A stretch of 64,000 bases of DNA from Candidatus Levybacteria bacterium CG2_30_37_29 (GTDB lineage: Bacteria > Patescibacteriota > Microgenomatia > Levybacterales > GWA1-39-11): assembly GCA_001873215.1 (NCBI GenBank), contig MNYS01000003.1, positions 49,455-113,454 of the forward strand. The letters run 5' to 3'. The notes under the pieces were generated by a model. That model saw only the letters and a list, made by a program, of their open reading frames with translations, ran no database searches and was not told where the DNA came from. Below are positions 48,374-59,024 of this stretch, in pieces. The translations under genes were made by a program, and so were the position numbers. The stretch's first letter is position 1, and every line of letters begins with the position of its first letter.

Positions 48374-48747
48374 TGGATAAAGTTTTTGTTTTTATCGGTG
48401 GAATTTTAGGTATTATTTTTACTGCTTGGTTTTTCTTCGGAAAAAAAGATGAAGCGGTCCAAGCACGTTCTGAAAGCCCGGAAAAAGCAGAGGTCGATAT
48501 TTTAGTAAAAGGAGGATATCAACCTTCTACGGTTCAAATTAAAAAAAACAAAATTACAACTTTTAATTTTACAAGGCAAGATGAAAATAGCTGTCTTGAA
48601 GATGTTATATTGTCCGAATTTAAAATAAAACGCTTTCTTCCTCTCGGAAAAACCGTTTCTTTTGAAATTAAACCTGAAAAGACCGGTACGTTTGACTTCT
48701 CATGCGGCATGGGCATGTTTCATGGAAAACTTATCGTTAAGGATTAA
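48373..48747 (+). CDS. Membrane-anchored cupredoxin-like domain protein
   Basis: N-terminal TM helix. [24 protein letters not shown]...[15 protein letters not shown] resembles the cupredoxin_1-type domain found near copper ATPases. The start overlaps the csoR stop (TAATG). Confidence 0.5.
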   Translation: MDKVFVFIGGILGIIFTAWFFFGKKDEAVQARSESPEKAEVDILVKGGYQPSTVQIKKNKITTFNFTRQDENSCLEDVILSEFKIKRFLPLGKTVSFEIKPEKTGTFDFSCGMGMFHGKLIVKD

Positions 48748-48748
48748 T

Positions 48749-50992
48749 ATGAAAACACTTAAAAAAACTTATTCACTAAAAGGTATGCATTGTGCATCTT
48801 GCGTACGAGTGATTGAAAGGGCGTTAAAAAAAGTTGACGGGGTTCTTGACGCAAACGTAAATTATGCTTCGGAAAAAGCAATCGTCACAATAGAAGAAAG
48901 AGTAAAAGATGATGATATTTTAAATTCCGTTTCTAGCGTAGGATACCAAGCTTTACTGGCTAATAATACTTCTGATGAAGAAGAAAATAAGGAAAAACAA
49001 AAAGATTTGGTAAGCTTAAGAAATAAAGTTGCTGTAAGTCTTTTTTTCGGAGCAATAATTACGTGGGGAAGTTTTCCCGGATTATCAAATTACGCTCCCG
49101 ATCTTTTTAAAAACTTTTTCTTTCAGCTTTTGCTTGCTACTCCTGTTCAATTCTGGGCAGGGCTCGCTTTTTACAAAGCCACAATTCCTGCACTTAAAAA
49201 TAGAACGGCAAACATGGATACACTTGTCGCAATAGGCACAAGCGTTGCATACTTTTATTCAGTTTTTGTAACGTTTTTTCCTGCAATACTTCAAAAATTT
49301 CAAATAGAAGCAATGCCTTATTTTGATGTTGCATCTGTTGTTATCGGATTAATTTTGTTAGGAAGGTTTTTGGAAGCCAAAGCCAAAGGACAAACCTCTC
49401 AGGCAATAAAAAAATTAATAGGACTTCAGGCAAAAACAGCGCGTGTTGTTAGAGACGGAAAGGAAATTGATGTTCCCATACAAGACGTAGTCGTAGGAGA
49501 TTTAATTCGCGTTAGACCCGGTGAAAAAATTCCGGTTGATGGAATTGTGACTGAGGGAGATTCGTCAATTGACGAATCTATGGTTACCGGAGAAAGCATT
49601 CCGGTTGAGAAAACAATTAAAGATATTGTAATCGGAGCAACATTAAATAAGTCAGGAACATTTCTTTATAAAGCAACAAAAGTAGGAAGTGAGACGATGC
49701 TATCTCAAATTATAAAACTCGTTCAAGAAGCGCAAGGAAGCAAGGCACCAATTCAAAGACTTGCAGATGTAATTTCTTCATATTTTGTTCCTGTCGTTAT
49801 AATTCTTTCTATTTTAACCTTTGTCGTATGGTATGTTTTTGGTCCTACGCCCGCTCTTGTTTTTGCAATTCTAAATTCTATTGCGGTTCTTATAATTGCA
49901 TGCCCGTGCGCAATGGGACTTGCAACACCCACGGCAATAATGGTCGGCACTGGAATAGGCGCTGAAAATGGGATTTTAATAAAAGATGCCCAGAGTCTTG
50001 AAATTGCCCATAAAGTAAATACAATTATTTTTGATAAAACAGGAACTTTGACTCACGGAACACCTAAGGTAACGGATATAGTTAAAGTTCAAAGTTCAAA
50101 ATTCAAAATTCAAAGTGATAGTGAGATATTAAGGTTGGCTGCCTCACTTGAAAAAGGGTCGGAACACTCTTTGGCAGAAGCAATTGTAAAAGACGCAGAA
50201 AATAAAAAAATTACATTAGATAAAATTGATAAATTCAAAGCCGTACCCGGACACGGGGTTGAAGGATTTCTAAAAATGGATAAAGTAATTCTTGGGAATA
50301 GAAAAATGATGGAGAGAGAAAAAGTTAACTTTAAGGATTCTGAAGAACAAATTGAAAAACTTGAGACAGAAGGAAAAACGGTTATGATGATAGCTGTTAA
50401 AAATGAGCTCATCGGGCTAATTGCAGTAGCAGATACGATAAAAGATAGCGCAAAAGAGGCAATACAAATACTTAACAAAATGCGTATTCAGACTATTATG
50501 ATTACTGGAGATAACATGAGAACTGCTGATGCAATAGCTAGAAGTTTGGGAATTTCTAAAATTTTAGCGGATGTTCTTCCTCAAGACAAAGAAAATGAGG
50601 TTAGAAAAATACAAAGTCAGGGAAAAGTTGTGGCAATGGTAGGAGACGGAATAAACGATGCTCCTGCGCTTGCCGCAGCTGATGTAGGAATAGCAATGGG
50701 AAGCGGTACTGACGTTGCAATTGAGGCAGCCGATATAACTCTTATAAATCATGATTTAAAGTCTGTAGTAAAAGCAATTATACTTTCCAAAAAAACAATG
50801 AGAACGATAAAATTAAATCTTTTCTGGGCATTCGGATACAATATAATTCTTATTCCTGTTGCGATGGGAGCTTTATATCCTTTTTCCGGCATACTCTTAA
50901 ATCCAATTTTTGCATCATTTGCTATGGCAACAAGTTCTGTGTCTGTTGTTACAAACTCTTTATTATTAAAACGTGCGAAAATTAATGTATAA
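48749..50992 (+). CDS. copA: Copper-translocating P1B-type ATPase CopA with an N-terminal HMA domain
   Basis: [25 protein letters not shown] ([11 protein letters not shown]), [17 protein letters not shown]. The ATG at 48749 overlaps the upstream stop codon. Confidence 0.9.
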   Translation: MKTLKKTYSLKGMHCASCVRVIERALKKVDGVLDANVNYASEKAIVTIEERVKDDDILNSVSSVGYQALLANNTSDEEENKEKQKDLVSLRNKVAVSLFFGAIITWGSFPGLSNYAPDLFKNFFFQLLLATPVQFWAGLAFYKATIPALKNRTANMDTLVAIGTSVAYFYSVFVTFFPAILQKFQIEAMPYFDVASVVIGLILLGRFLEAKAKGQTSQAIKKLIGLQAKTARVVRDGKEIDVPIQDVVVGDLIRVRPGEKIPVDGIVTEGDSSIDESMVTGESIPVEKTIKDIVIGATLNKSGTFLYKATKVGSETMLSQIIKLVQEAQGSKAPIQRLADVISSYFVPVVIILSILTFVVWYVFGPTPALVFAILNSIAVLIIACPCAMGLATPTAIMVGTGIGAENGILIKDAQSLEIAHKVNTIIFDKTGTLTHGTPKVTDIVKVQSSKFKIQSDSEILRLAASLEKGSEHSLAEAIVKDAENKKITLDKIDKFKAVPGHGVEGFLKMDKVILGNRKMMEREKVNFKDSEEQIEKLETEGKTVMMIAVKNELIGLIAVADTIKDSAKEAIQILNKMRIQTIMITGDNMRTADAIARSLGISKILADVLPQDKENEVRKIQSQGKVVAMVGDGINDAPALAAADVGIAMGSGTDVAIEAADITLINHDLKSVVKAIILSKKTMRTIKLNLFWAFGYNIILIPVAMGALYPFSGILLNPIFASFAMATSSVSVVTNSLLLKRAKINV

Positions 50993-51004
50993 TATTGCCA
51001 AGCT

Positions 51005-52033
51005 ATGAATTTAACAGCAGTATTTTTAACAGGACTTTTAACAGGAGGGCTTACGTGCATGGCGGTTCAGGGCGGACTTCTTGCTGCAACAATTGCAAAC
51101 AGAGAAGAAGAAAGGCTTAAAGAAGAAACGAAAAAAGGAAACGCCTTGCCAATTCTTGCTTTTTTAGGAACAAAACTTATAGCATATACGGTTTTGGGAT
51201 TTTTATTGGGTCTTTTGGGAAGCGTTTTCCAGCTTTCCATACCTTTACGGACTACCTTTCAAATCGCGGTTGCTGTTTTTATGATCGGAACTGCTCTAAA
51301 TCTTCTTAATGTTCATCCAATTTTTAGGTACTTTATCATCCAGCCGCCAAAAATTTTGACACGTCTTGTAAGAAATAGATCAAAGAGCAAGGATTTTTTT
51401 GCGCCGGCGCTTTTAGGAGCGTTTACCGTATTTATTCCGTGCGGAACAACGCAAGCAATGATGGTCCTTGCAGTTGGCTCGGGAAATCCGTTTTTAGGAG
51501 CAGCAATTCTTTTCGCGTTTGTCCTTGGAACATCTCCTATATTTTTCATACTGGGATACTTTGCGACAAAACTGGGAGATATTATGCAGAAAAATTTCGC
51601 AAAAGTCGCGGCAATTTCTATTATCCTTTTGGCTATTTACAACCTTGACGGTGCAATCGCGCTTACAGGAAGTAATTGGACACTTAAAAATATGTTTTCA
51701 AAAACAGTGTGTTTTTTTACTCTATGTGATGATGGCTCGAAAACCAACAATATTGCATTACAGGTCACTCAAGGTCCGGTTATTGATATAGAATCATATG
51801 GATACAATCCAAATATTATAAATGTCAAAGCAAATTCTAACGTAACTTTAAAAATTACAAACACAAACGGAAGTGGATGCATACAAGCATTTACTATTCC
51901 TCAATTAGGAGTACAAAAAGTTATTCCGCTGGGAACTTCTGACACAATTTCTTTTACAGCACCAGATGCTCCTCAAGATATTGCATTTATGTGCAGTATG
52001 GGAATGTTTCGGGGAATAATACATGTTATTTAA
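51005..52033 (+). CDS. Polytopic membrane protein (DsbD_2/TauE-like permease) fused to a C-terminal cupredoxin-like domain
   Basis: At least six hydrophobic helices with conserved Cys (GGLTCMAVQGG, FIPCGTTQAM). The C-terminal VKANSNVTLKITNTNGSGC...FMCSMGMFRGIIHV is paralogous to the 48373 cupredoxin-like protein. Confidence 0.45.
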   Translation: MNLTAVFLTGLLTGGLTCMAVQGGLLAATIANREEERLKEETKKGNALPILAFLGTKLIAYTVLGFLLGLLGSVFQLSIPLRTTFQIAVAVFMIGTALNLLNVHPIFRYFIIQPPKILTRLVRNRSKSKDFFAPALLGAFTVFIPCGTTQAMMVLAVGSGNPFLGAAILFAFVLGTSPIFFILGYFATKLGDIMQKNFAKVAAISIILLAIYNLDGAIALTGSNWTLKNMFSKTVCFFTLCDDGSKTNNIALQVTQGPVIDIESYGYNPNIINVKANSNVTLKITNTNGSGCIQAFTIPQLGVQKVIPLGTSDTISFTAPDAPQDIAFMCSMGMFRGIIHVI

Positions 52034-52249
52034 ATGAAAAAAATAAAACTTAAAATAAAAGGTATGCATTGTGCAAGTTGCGCTATGAATATAGATGGTG
52101 ATTTAGAAGATTTGGTAGACGGGGTAAAATCATCCAACACAAGTTATGCAAAGGGAGAAGTTGAGATTGAGTTTGATGAGAAAAATGTGAAAATTGAACA
52201 AATAATAAAGCAAATTACAAAAACAGGATATCAAGCAGAAATAGAATAA
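52034..52249 (+). CDS. copZ: Copper chaperone CopZ (HMA domain)
   Basis: GMHCASCAMNI metal-binding motif, 71 aa ferredoxin-like fold. Confidence 0.8.
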   Translation: MKKIKLKIKGMHCASCAMNIDGDLEDLVDGVKSSNTSYAKGEVEIEFDEKNVKIEQIIKQITKTGYQAEIE

Positions 52250-52256
52250 TTTTAGA

Positions 52257-53324
52257 CTATAGTTCTATAAGGTTTTTTGGAGATTGCGTGAGCAGATTTA
52301 TTTTTTCTCCATCAAAATATACAGTATCTTCTATTCTTACTCCGCCAAAACCATTTATATAAATTCCGGGCTCTATGGTAAAGGGCGTGTTTGGATTAAT
52401 CTTTTCTTTAATTCCTGGGGAAATATGTGGAAGTTCATGGACAGCAAGTCCAACCCCATGTCCAACAGAATGTGGGATATTTGGGTATCCTTGGGAAATA
52501 ATATAATCTCTTGGGATTTTATCCAGATCTTGAGGCGTAAACATTTTTGGTTTAAACCCTTTTTCCTGCCCAATCCTCACTGTTTCGTACATTCTTTTAA
52601 ATTTTTCTGGAGCTTTTCCGAAAAAAACAGTGCGCGTCATGTCTGCGCAATATCCACCAGCCTTTGCGCCAAAATCCAAAAGAACAATTGAGCTTGATTT
52701 AAGTTTGGTTTCATCTGTTTTATGGTGAGGGATTGCAGAATTTTTACCAAAAGCGATAATTGACGGAAAACCAAGTTCTCCTCCGTGTTCGCGAATAAAC
52801 TTTTCAATTTCCCATGCCAATTCAAGCTCTGTTATTCCATTTCGGATCTTTTTTAAAACATAATCGAGAGCAGAGTCCGTAAGGTTGCAAGCTTTATGTA
52901 GTGATTTAAGTTCGGTTTGATCTTTAATTGTTCGAATTTCCTCGATAATACTCTCTGCAAGTTTAAGCTTAACCCCTATTAATTTTTTAAAGCGAATGTA
53001 TTCTGAATAAGTTAGATTTTCTTCAAAACCAATATTTGTTATCTTCTCATGTTTTAAAAACTCTTCAAGCGTTTTTTGGAGTTGGGTTATCAAAAAAACT
53101 TTGATCGGATCTTTTACCGATTTTTTAACCTCATCAAAATAAAGAGTGTTTGTAAATAAAATTGCATATTTTTTTGTCACAAAAATATATGCGTCACGTT
53201 CTTCAGACATAAATCCGGAGTATCCCGTGATGTAGCGGATATTTATGCTTGAGCTAACTAATAGCGCATCAATCTTTCTTTCTGTGAGTATTGTTTGGAT
53301 TTTTTGTATTCTGTTAGGGTTCAT
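52257..53324 (-). CDS. M24-family Xaa-Pro aminopeptidase
   Basis: Creatinase-like N-domain plus the pita-bread domain with metal ligands (DFGAKAGGYCADMTRT, HSVGHGVGLAVHE, ENTV). Confidence 0.8.
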   Translation of the reverse strand: MNPNRIQKIQTILTERKIDALLVSSSINIRYITGYSGFMSEERDAYIFVTKKYAILFTNTLYFDEVKKSVKDPIKVFLITQLQKTLEEFLKHEKITNIGFEENLTYSEYIRFKKLIGVKLKLAESIIEEIRTIKDQTELKSLHKACNLTDSALDYVLKKIRNGITELELAWEIEKFIREHGGELGFPSIIAFGKNSAIPHHKTDETKLKSSSIVLLDFGAKAGGYCADMTRTVFFGKAPEKFKRMYETVRIGQEKGFKPKMFTPQDLDKIPRDYIISQGYPNIPHSVGHGVGLAVHELPHISPGIKEKINPNTPFTIEPGIYINGFGGVRIEDTVYFDGEKINLLTQSPKNLIEL

Positions 53325-53568
53325 TTTCGAAATTATAGCACGGTCTTAGTGTATTTACATAAGGTGATGAGTCTGGTAAAATAACATGAGTTCGAATTTC
53401 GTCAAACCGCTGGCGGTGTCGTAATTCGAATTTTTTTGATTTAGCGTATATTATACCGTTAACTCTTGGCGCGTTCGCAAACTTGCTCACTTGCCAGAGA
53501 CTCACGGTATTTTCTCGCTCAAGGACTTTTATTTATAGAGCGCGTAGCTTGCATAAGGAGCTCAAAAA

Positions 53569-55716
53569 ATGGCTGATACAGATAGAAACGTACCGTTAGA
53601 AAAAATTCGCAATATCGGGATTATTGCGCATATTGACGCGGGAAAAACCACAACTTCCGAGCGCATTCTTTTTTACACAGGAAAGTCCTACAAGATTGGT
53701 GATATTGATGAAGGAAATACTGTTATGGACTGGATGGATCAGGAGCGCGAACGAGGAATTACTATTGTCAGTGCCGCAACAACCACTTTTTGGACACATA
53801 CTCCTATCGGTAAGTCCAGTGACCAAGATGCACCTTACAGGATAAATCTTATCGATACTCCAGGACACGTTGACTTTACAGCAGAGGTTGAAAGATCTCT
53901 CCGCGTTTTGGACGGCGCGGTTACCGTTCTTGATGCTGAAGAAGGCGTCCAGTCGCAAAGTGAAACTGTTTGGCGTCAGGCAGACAAATACAAAGTCCCG
54001 CGAATTTGTTTTATCAACAAAATGGATAAGCTCGGAGCTGATTTTCTAAAGACTGTTGCTTCTATTGAGAAACGTCTTGGTGCAAACCCGATTATTATGG
54101 TTCTTCCGATTGGCGCGGAGCAGGATTTTAAGGGAATTGTTGATCTTTTAAACATGAAAACCATTACTTGGACAGGCGAGGAACTCGGCGCAAAGTATGA
54201 CGTGTCCGATGAAATTCCTGAAAATATGAAAAAGCTAGTTGAAGAGTACCGCCACAAAATGATTGAGAAAATTGCGGAAAACGATGATGAGCTTTTGGAT
54301 AAATATTTAAATGGAACAGAATTGACTGTTGAGGAATTAAAGGCCGGTCTTAGAAAAGCGGTAGTTGGTTATAAAGTAGTTCCAATTTATGCGGGGTCTT
54401 CTCTGCGCAATAAAGGCGTTCAGCCGCTTCTTGATGCAGTCGTTGATTATCTTCCGTCACCAATGGATTTGAAAGAAGTGAAGGGTTTGTCTCCAAAAAC
54501 GGGCGCGGAAGAAATAAGACAATTGGTTCCCGAAGAATCTTTTGCGGGCTTTGCTTTTAAAGTTCAAATTGACCCTCACGTTGGGAAAATTACATTTGTT
54601 CGCCTCTACTCCGGCAAAATTGATTCCGGTTCATACATTTATAATTCTTCAAAAGGAATAAAAGAGCGTGTCGGGCGCCTTCTTCTTATGCATTCAAATC
54701 AACGTGAGGAAATAAAAGTTGCTTATTCCGGAGAAATTGTTGCTGTTGTCGGTTTGAAAGACACGGTTACCGGAGATACATTGTGTGATGAGGCAAAACC
54801 TATTATTCTTGAAAAAATTTCATTTCCTGAGCCTGTTATTTCTCTTGCAATTGAGCCGAAAACAAAAAATGATCAGGAGAAAATGGGACTTGCGCTAAAA
54901 AGGCTTATGGAAGAAGATCCTACTTTTAGCGTTAAGACAAATCATGAAACAGGGCAGACAATTATGTCGGGGATCGGCGAGCTGCAATTGGAGATTATGG
55001 TTGACCGCATGAAGCGGGAATTTGGCGTTGACGCAAATGTAGGCGCGCCTCAAGTGGCCTACAAAGAAACAATTGCTATTGAAGCAACAGGTGAGGGTAA
55101 ATATATTAAGCAAACAGGAGGACGTGGGCAATATGGACACTGTCTTCTTAGAATTGCGCCCGTACCGCGTGGTGAAGGCTACGAATTTGTAAATGCAATA
55201 AAAGGAGGCGCGATTCCTGCCGAATTTATAGGTTCTATTGAAAAAGGAGTTAAGGAGACTTTGGAAAAAGGAATTTTATTGGGGTATCCGATGGTTGATA
55301 TGAAAGTAACTGTTTACGACGGTTCATATCATGATGTTGATTCTTCAGATATTGCTTTTAAAATTGCTGCGAGTATGGCGCTTCAAACAGCTTCCAAAAA
55401 AGCAAATCTACAACTTCTTGAACCGATTATGAAAATTGAGGTGACAACTCCTGAAGAATTTATGGGAGATGTAATAGGTGATCTTAGTTCAAAGCGTGCG
55501 CAAATCACAGGAACAGAAGAACGCGGAAATGCGCGCATAATTTTGGGTCTTGTTCCGCTGTCAGAACTTTCAGGATACGCGACGACTCTTAGGTCTATGT
55601 CGCAGGGACGCGCTACTTATTATATGGAACCTTCGCATTACGAAGAAGTTCCGCGAAACATTGTTGAAGCAATGCTTGCCAAATCCACATTCACCGGAAG
55701 AATTACCGCGCAGTAA
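53569..55716 (+). CDS. fusA: Elongation factor G
   Basis: [28 protein letters not shown], and domains II-V. Confidence 0.95.
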   Translation: MADTDRNVPLEKIRNIGIIAHIDAGKTTTSERILFYTGKSYKIGDIDEGNTVMDWMDQERERGITIVSAATTTFWTHTPIGKSSDQDAPYRINLIDTPGHVDFTAEVERSLRVLDGAVTVLDAEEGVQSQSETVWRQADKYKVPRICFINKMDKLGADFLKTVASIEKRLGANPIIMVLPIGAEQDFKGIVDLLNMKTITWTGEELGAKYDVSDEIPENMKKLVEEYRHKMIEKIAENDDELLDKYLNGTELTVEELKAGLRKAVVGYKVVPIYAGSSLRNKGVQPLLDAVVDYLPSPMDLKEVKGLSPKTGAEEIRQLVPEESFAGFAFKVQIDPHVGKITFVRLYSGKIDSGSYIYNSSKGIKERVGRLLLMHSNQREEIKVAYSGEIVAVVGLKDTVTGDTLCDEAKPIILEKISFPEPVISLAIEPKTKNDQEKMGLALKRLMEEDPTFSVKTNHETGQTIMSGIGELQLEIMVDRMKREFGVDANVGAPQVAYKETIAIEATGEGKYIKQTGGRGQYGHCLLRIAPVPRGEGYEFVNAIKGGAIPAEFIGSIEKGVKETLEKGILLGYPMVDMKVTVYDGSYHDVDSSDIAFKIAASMALQTASKKANLQLLEPIMKIEVTTPEEFMGDVIGDLSSKRAQITGTEERGNARIILGLVPLSELSGYATTLRSMSQGRATYYMEPSHYEEVPRNIVEAMLAKSTFTGRITAQ

Positions 55717-55886
55717 TTTATTTCTTGTTCTTTTTTCCGCAAAAAGAACCAAAAGCTCTCGCCGAGTCTTGTTCAAGCTTTCAAAATTTATTTCACTCAC
55801 TGAAAGCATCGGACTTCGCCTTTCAGCTTTCCGGGCGTTCGTTCAACAAATTTTTCAAGATTTCACTTCAAATCGGCGAATATACT
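55714..55886 (+). repeat. Roughly 175-nt conserved intergenic element, copy B, beginning at the fusA stop codon
   Basis: Homologous to 47066-47240 in the same orientation. Confidence 0.6.
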
Positions 55887-55910
55887 TAGAATTTAGTATA
55901 ATTAATTGTT

Positions 55911-57086
55911 ATGGCTAGGGTTGCTCTGTCCGAATATGCTGCCAAGATGGCGCTCCACACTTTTTTAGGCCTTACTTATCACGGCCTATCTTTTAATGCC
56001 GATACCGATGTTGTCGAAAAAATTAATGAGTTTGTTCGTCCCGACAGAAAATATGTTGTAAAAGTTGATGAAGGGGTAAAACGCAGGATGAAACAAGGCT
56101 TAGTCACCCTTGATACCGATCTTAATGGAGTTATTCTTGCAATAGAAAATTACAGAAAGCGCGGCTATTCATATTTTTTAGTCGAAGAATATGTTCCTCA
56201 TGATTCATCTCTTGAGAAGTATTTATCCCTTGAGAGAACAACTCTTGGAACCGTTGTTTCGTATTCGCATAAAGGAGGAATAGATATTGAAAAACATAAA
56301 GAAGAAGTAGAAACGCTTCTTTTAAAAGATTTACAAGCCGCACGAAGCGTTGCAGAAGGATTGGGAATGGATGAAGAAGTTTTTTTGAAATTAAAAGAGG
56401 CATTTGACGATCTTTATTTTTCATTTCTTGAAATAAATCCGCTTGTTGTTAAGTTTGACAGCTTTCAGATTTTGGATATTGCAGGAGAAGTAGATAGCGC
56501 GGCAGAATTTTTTGTCCAAGACTGGTCTTCTTCTGACTTTCGTAATGCTCGTGCTTCAAAGCTAACTGATGAGGAAAAAAATATTTTGCGGCTTTCGGCA
56601 AAAAGTCCGGCAGCATTTAAATTAAATGTTCTAAATCCTGACGGAAGCATTTTTATGCTTCTTTCAGGCGGCGGCGCAAGTATTGTTTTGGCTGATGAAG
56701 TAAAAAATATTGGCCATGGAGGAGAGCTTGCAAATTACGGGGAGTATTCCGGAAACCCGAATGAGGAAGAAACCTACATTTATACAAAAAATTTACTAAG
56801 TTTGCTTCTTAAATCTGAATCAGACAAAAAAGTATTGATTATTGCCGGAGGAGTTGCAAATTTTACTGATGTCAGAATAACTTTTAAAGGAATTATTAAT
56901 GCAATTTCAGAGGTGAGCGAGAAATTAAAAGATCAAGGTATTGAAATTTATGTACGGCGCGGGGGTCCTCACCAAAAAGAGGGATTGAAGCTTATAAGCG
57001 ATTTTGTTTCCGAAAACGGGCTTATCGGAAAAGTTCACGGACCGGAAATGATATTAACAGACATAATTCATGAAGCTATAAAATAA
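55911..57086 (+). CDS. aclB: ATP-citrate lyase small subunit (AclB, ATP-grasp, SucC-like)
   Basis: DLYFSFLEINPLVV, KLNVLNPDGSIFMLLSGGGASIVLADEV..GGELANYGEYSGNPNEEETYIYTKNLLSL, VLIIAGGVANFTDVRITFKGII and IYVRRGGPHQKEGL match the ACLY N-terminal half block by block. 391 aa, close to the size of a bacterial AclB. Confidence 0.8.
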   Translation: MARVALSEYAAKMALHTFLGLTYHGLSFNADTDVVEKINEFVRPDRKYVVKVDEGVKRRMKQGLVTLDTDLNGVILAIENYRKRGYSYFLVEEYVPHDSSLEKYLSLERTTLGTVVSYSHKGGIDIEKHKEEVETLLLKDLQAARSVAEGLGMDEEVFLKLKEAFDDLYFSFLEINPLVVKFDSFQILDIAGEVDSAAEFFVQDWSSSDFRNARASKLTDEEKNILRLSAKSPAAFKLNVLNPDGSIFMLLSGGGASIVLADEVKNIGHGGELANYGEYSGNPNEEETYIYTKNLLSLLLKSESDKKVLIIAGGVANFTDVRITFKGIINAISEVSEKLKDQGIEIYVRRGGPHQKEGLKLISDFVSENGLIGKVHGPEMILTDIIHEAIK

Positions 57087-57189
57087 TTTTAAATTACAAA
57101 TTTTAAATTAAAAATGAAATCTAAATGTTTTAAAATTTATAAATTGATAATTGATTGAAAATTAAAAATTCCCGCCTGCAACGTTTAAT

Positions 57190-59022
57190 GTGAAGTATTT
57201 GCGGGCAGGTAAAATTGAAAATTCTGAAACTATGTTAGATATTGAAAAATTGCGAAAACAAAACCATTCAATTCTTTTCATCGGAAGTTATCCGGCTATT
57301 ATTCAAAGTGCTTTGGATTATGAATTTCATTTAGGGCGCGACAAGCCTTCAATTAAAGCAATATTTGCTTCAGGCCGTAAATTTGAGAGATATTTCTTTG
57401 GGAAAAAAGAGATACTTCTTCCTGTGTATTCTTCTTGGGAGAGGATACCTGAAAAAATAAGAAACGGTATAACACTTTTTGTAAATGTTGCTTCCGCAAG
57501 AAGAGTTCTTACGTTAACGGTTGAGGCAATAGATTCTCTGCCAAGTCTTTCGGGAGGAGTTATTTTTGCAGAAAATGTTCCGGAAAAACATGCACTGGAC
57601 TTAAGGGCAATAACAGATTCCAAAAATATTTTTCTAATAGGTCCGGCAAGCGTAGGACTTCTTATTCCTGAAACTCTTAAGCTTGGGGCAATTGGAGGGG
57701 TAGAGTCACAGCAATTAATAGATGCACATATTTTTGATGCTGGAAGTGTTGCCGTTCTTTCGGCTTCCGGAGGTATGACAAACGAGATTATAAATATTGT
57801 AACAGGGATGAATAAAAAAATATCTTTTTCCATGTCTTTTGGAGGAGATAGATTTCCTCTATTGCGCCCATCAGAGGCTTTTTTGGCTGCACAAAATGAT
57901 CCAAAAACCAAAACAATTATTTATTTTGGAGAGCTTGGAGGGGTTGATGAATATGAGGTGGCAAGTCTTATTTCAGAAAAAAAAGTTACAAAAACCGTTA
58001 TTGCCTATATAGCAGGAGTTGTTGCAGAGATTTTTCCTCAAGCTCCTCAGTTTGGACACGCAAAAGCCATGGCAGCAAACCAAAAAGAAACAGCACGCGC
58101 AAAACGTGATGTTTTAGCGGGCGTGGGGGTAAAAATTGCAGAATCATTCTCGCAATTTGTTGATTTAATTGAATCGCTTCCATCTGTTCCAGATGACAAA
58201 AAAAGTAATATAATAGAAGATATGAGTGATAGAAAACATGCACTTATTGCATCAAGTATTTCAAAAGATACCGACGGTACGGTATCGATTTTGGGAGAGG
58301 ACCTTCTTTCTTTTTCAAAAAAGAATTCATTTGCTTACATTGTTTCTTCCCTGTTTTTGGGAAAAAAGATTAAATCTCCTGAATTTGAGGAATTTGTAGA
58401 TTTTGTCTTGCGTCTTCTTGTAGACCATGGTCCTTATGTAAGTGGCGCGGTTAATACGATTATTGCGTCCCGTGCAGGGAGGGATCTTGTGTCAAGTTTG
58501 TCCGCGGGTCTTCTTACGATTGGTCCAAGATTTGGCGGGGCAATAAATGAAGCCGCAGGGAATTGGCTTGAAGGTGTTATGAATAATAAAAACCCCGGCG
58601 AATTTGTTGAAGAATTTGCCGCGAAGAAAAAATATATTCCTGGAATTGGACATAGAAAATACAGAAGTGATTATCCTGACCCAAGGGTATCTGAAATTAT
58701 ATCTTTTTCAGGCGGACTCAAGGGAAAATTTACATCGTTTGCCAGAGAGGTTGAGAAAATAACAGTTGGTAAAAAAGGCAACCTTATTTTAAATGTAGAC
58801 GGTGCAATAGCCGCAGTTGCTCTTGACATTTTGTCAGAAAAGGAGCAATACTCAAATGAAGAGCTTTTGCATCTTTCAGAGATAGAATTTTTTAATGCGC
58901 TTTTTGTTTTAAGTAGATCTGTTGGATTTATAGCGCATTTTCTTGATCAGAAAAGGCTTGACGAAGGAATTTTCAGACTTGAAGAAGACCAGGTTGCTCA
59001 AGCAGAAATACATAAAGAATAA
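57190..59022 (+). CDS. aclA: ATP-citrate lyase large subunit (AclA: CoA-binding/ligase domain plus citrate-synthase-like citryl-CoA lyase domain)
   Basis: Phospho-His loop PQAPQFGHAKAMAANQKETARAKRDVLAGVGVKIAESF against ACLY [38 protein letters not shown]. Citrate-synthase-like GHRKYRSDYPDPR and KKGNLILNVDGAIAAVALDIL. 610 aa. The alternative ATG at 57232 is a possible start. Confidence 0.8.
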   Translation: MKYLRAGKIENSETMLDIEKLRKQNHSILFIGSYPAIIQSALDYEFHLGRDKPSIKAIFASGRKFERYFFGKKEILLPVYSSWERIPEKIRNGITLFVNVASARRVLTLTVEAIDSLPSLSGGVIFAENVPEKHALDLRAITDSKNIFLIGPASVGLLIPETLKLGAIGGVESQQLIDAHIFDAGSVAVLSASGGMTNEIINIVTGMNKKISFSMSFGGDRFPLLRPSEAFLAAQNDPKTKTIIYFGELGGVDEYEVASLISEKKVTKTVIAYIAGVVAEIFPQAPQFGHAKAMAANQKETARAKRDVLAGVGVKIAESFSQFVDLIESLPSVPDDKKSNIIEDMSDRKHALIASSISKDTDGTVSILGEDLLSFSKKNSFAYIVSSLFLGKKIKSPEFEEFVDFVLRLLVDHGPYVSGAVNTIIASRAGRDLVSSLSAGLLTIGPRFGGAINEAAGNWLEGVMNNKNPGEFVEEFAAKKKYIPGIGHRKYRSDYPDPRVSEIISFSGGLKGKFTSFAREVEKITVGKKGNLILNVDGAIAAVALDILSEKEQYSNEELLHLSEIEFFNALFVLSRSVGFIAHFLDQKRLDEGIFRLEEDQVAQAEIHKE

Positions 59023-59024
59023 TT

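Noticed and set aside
53380-53450. GTTCGAAT-containing stretch (two TTCGAATTT copies) resembling a tRNA T-loop, between pepP and fusA
   Set aside because: No complementary T-stem or acceptor stem could be formed around either copy. No cloverleaf was found.
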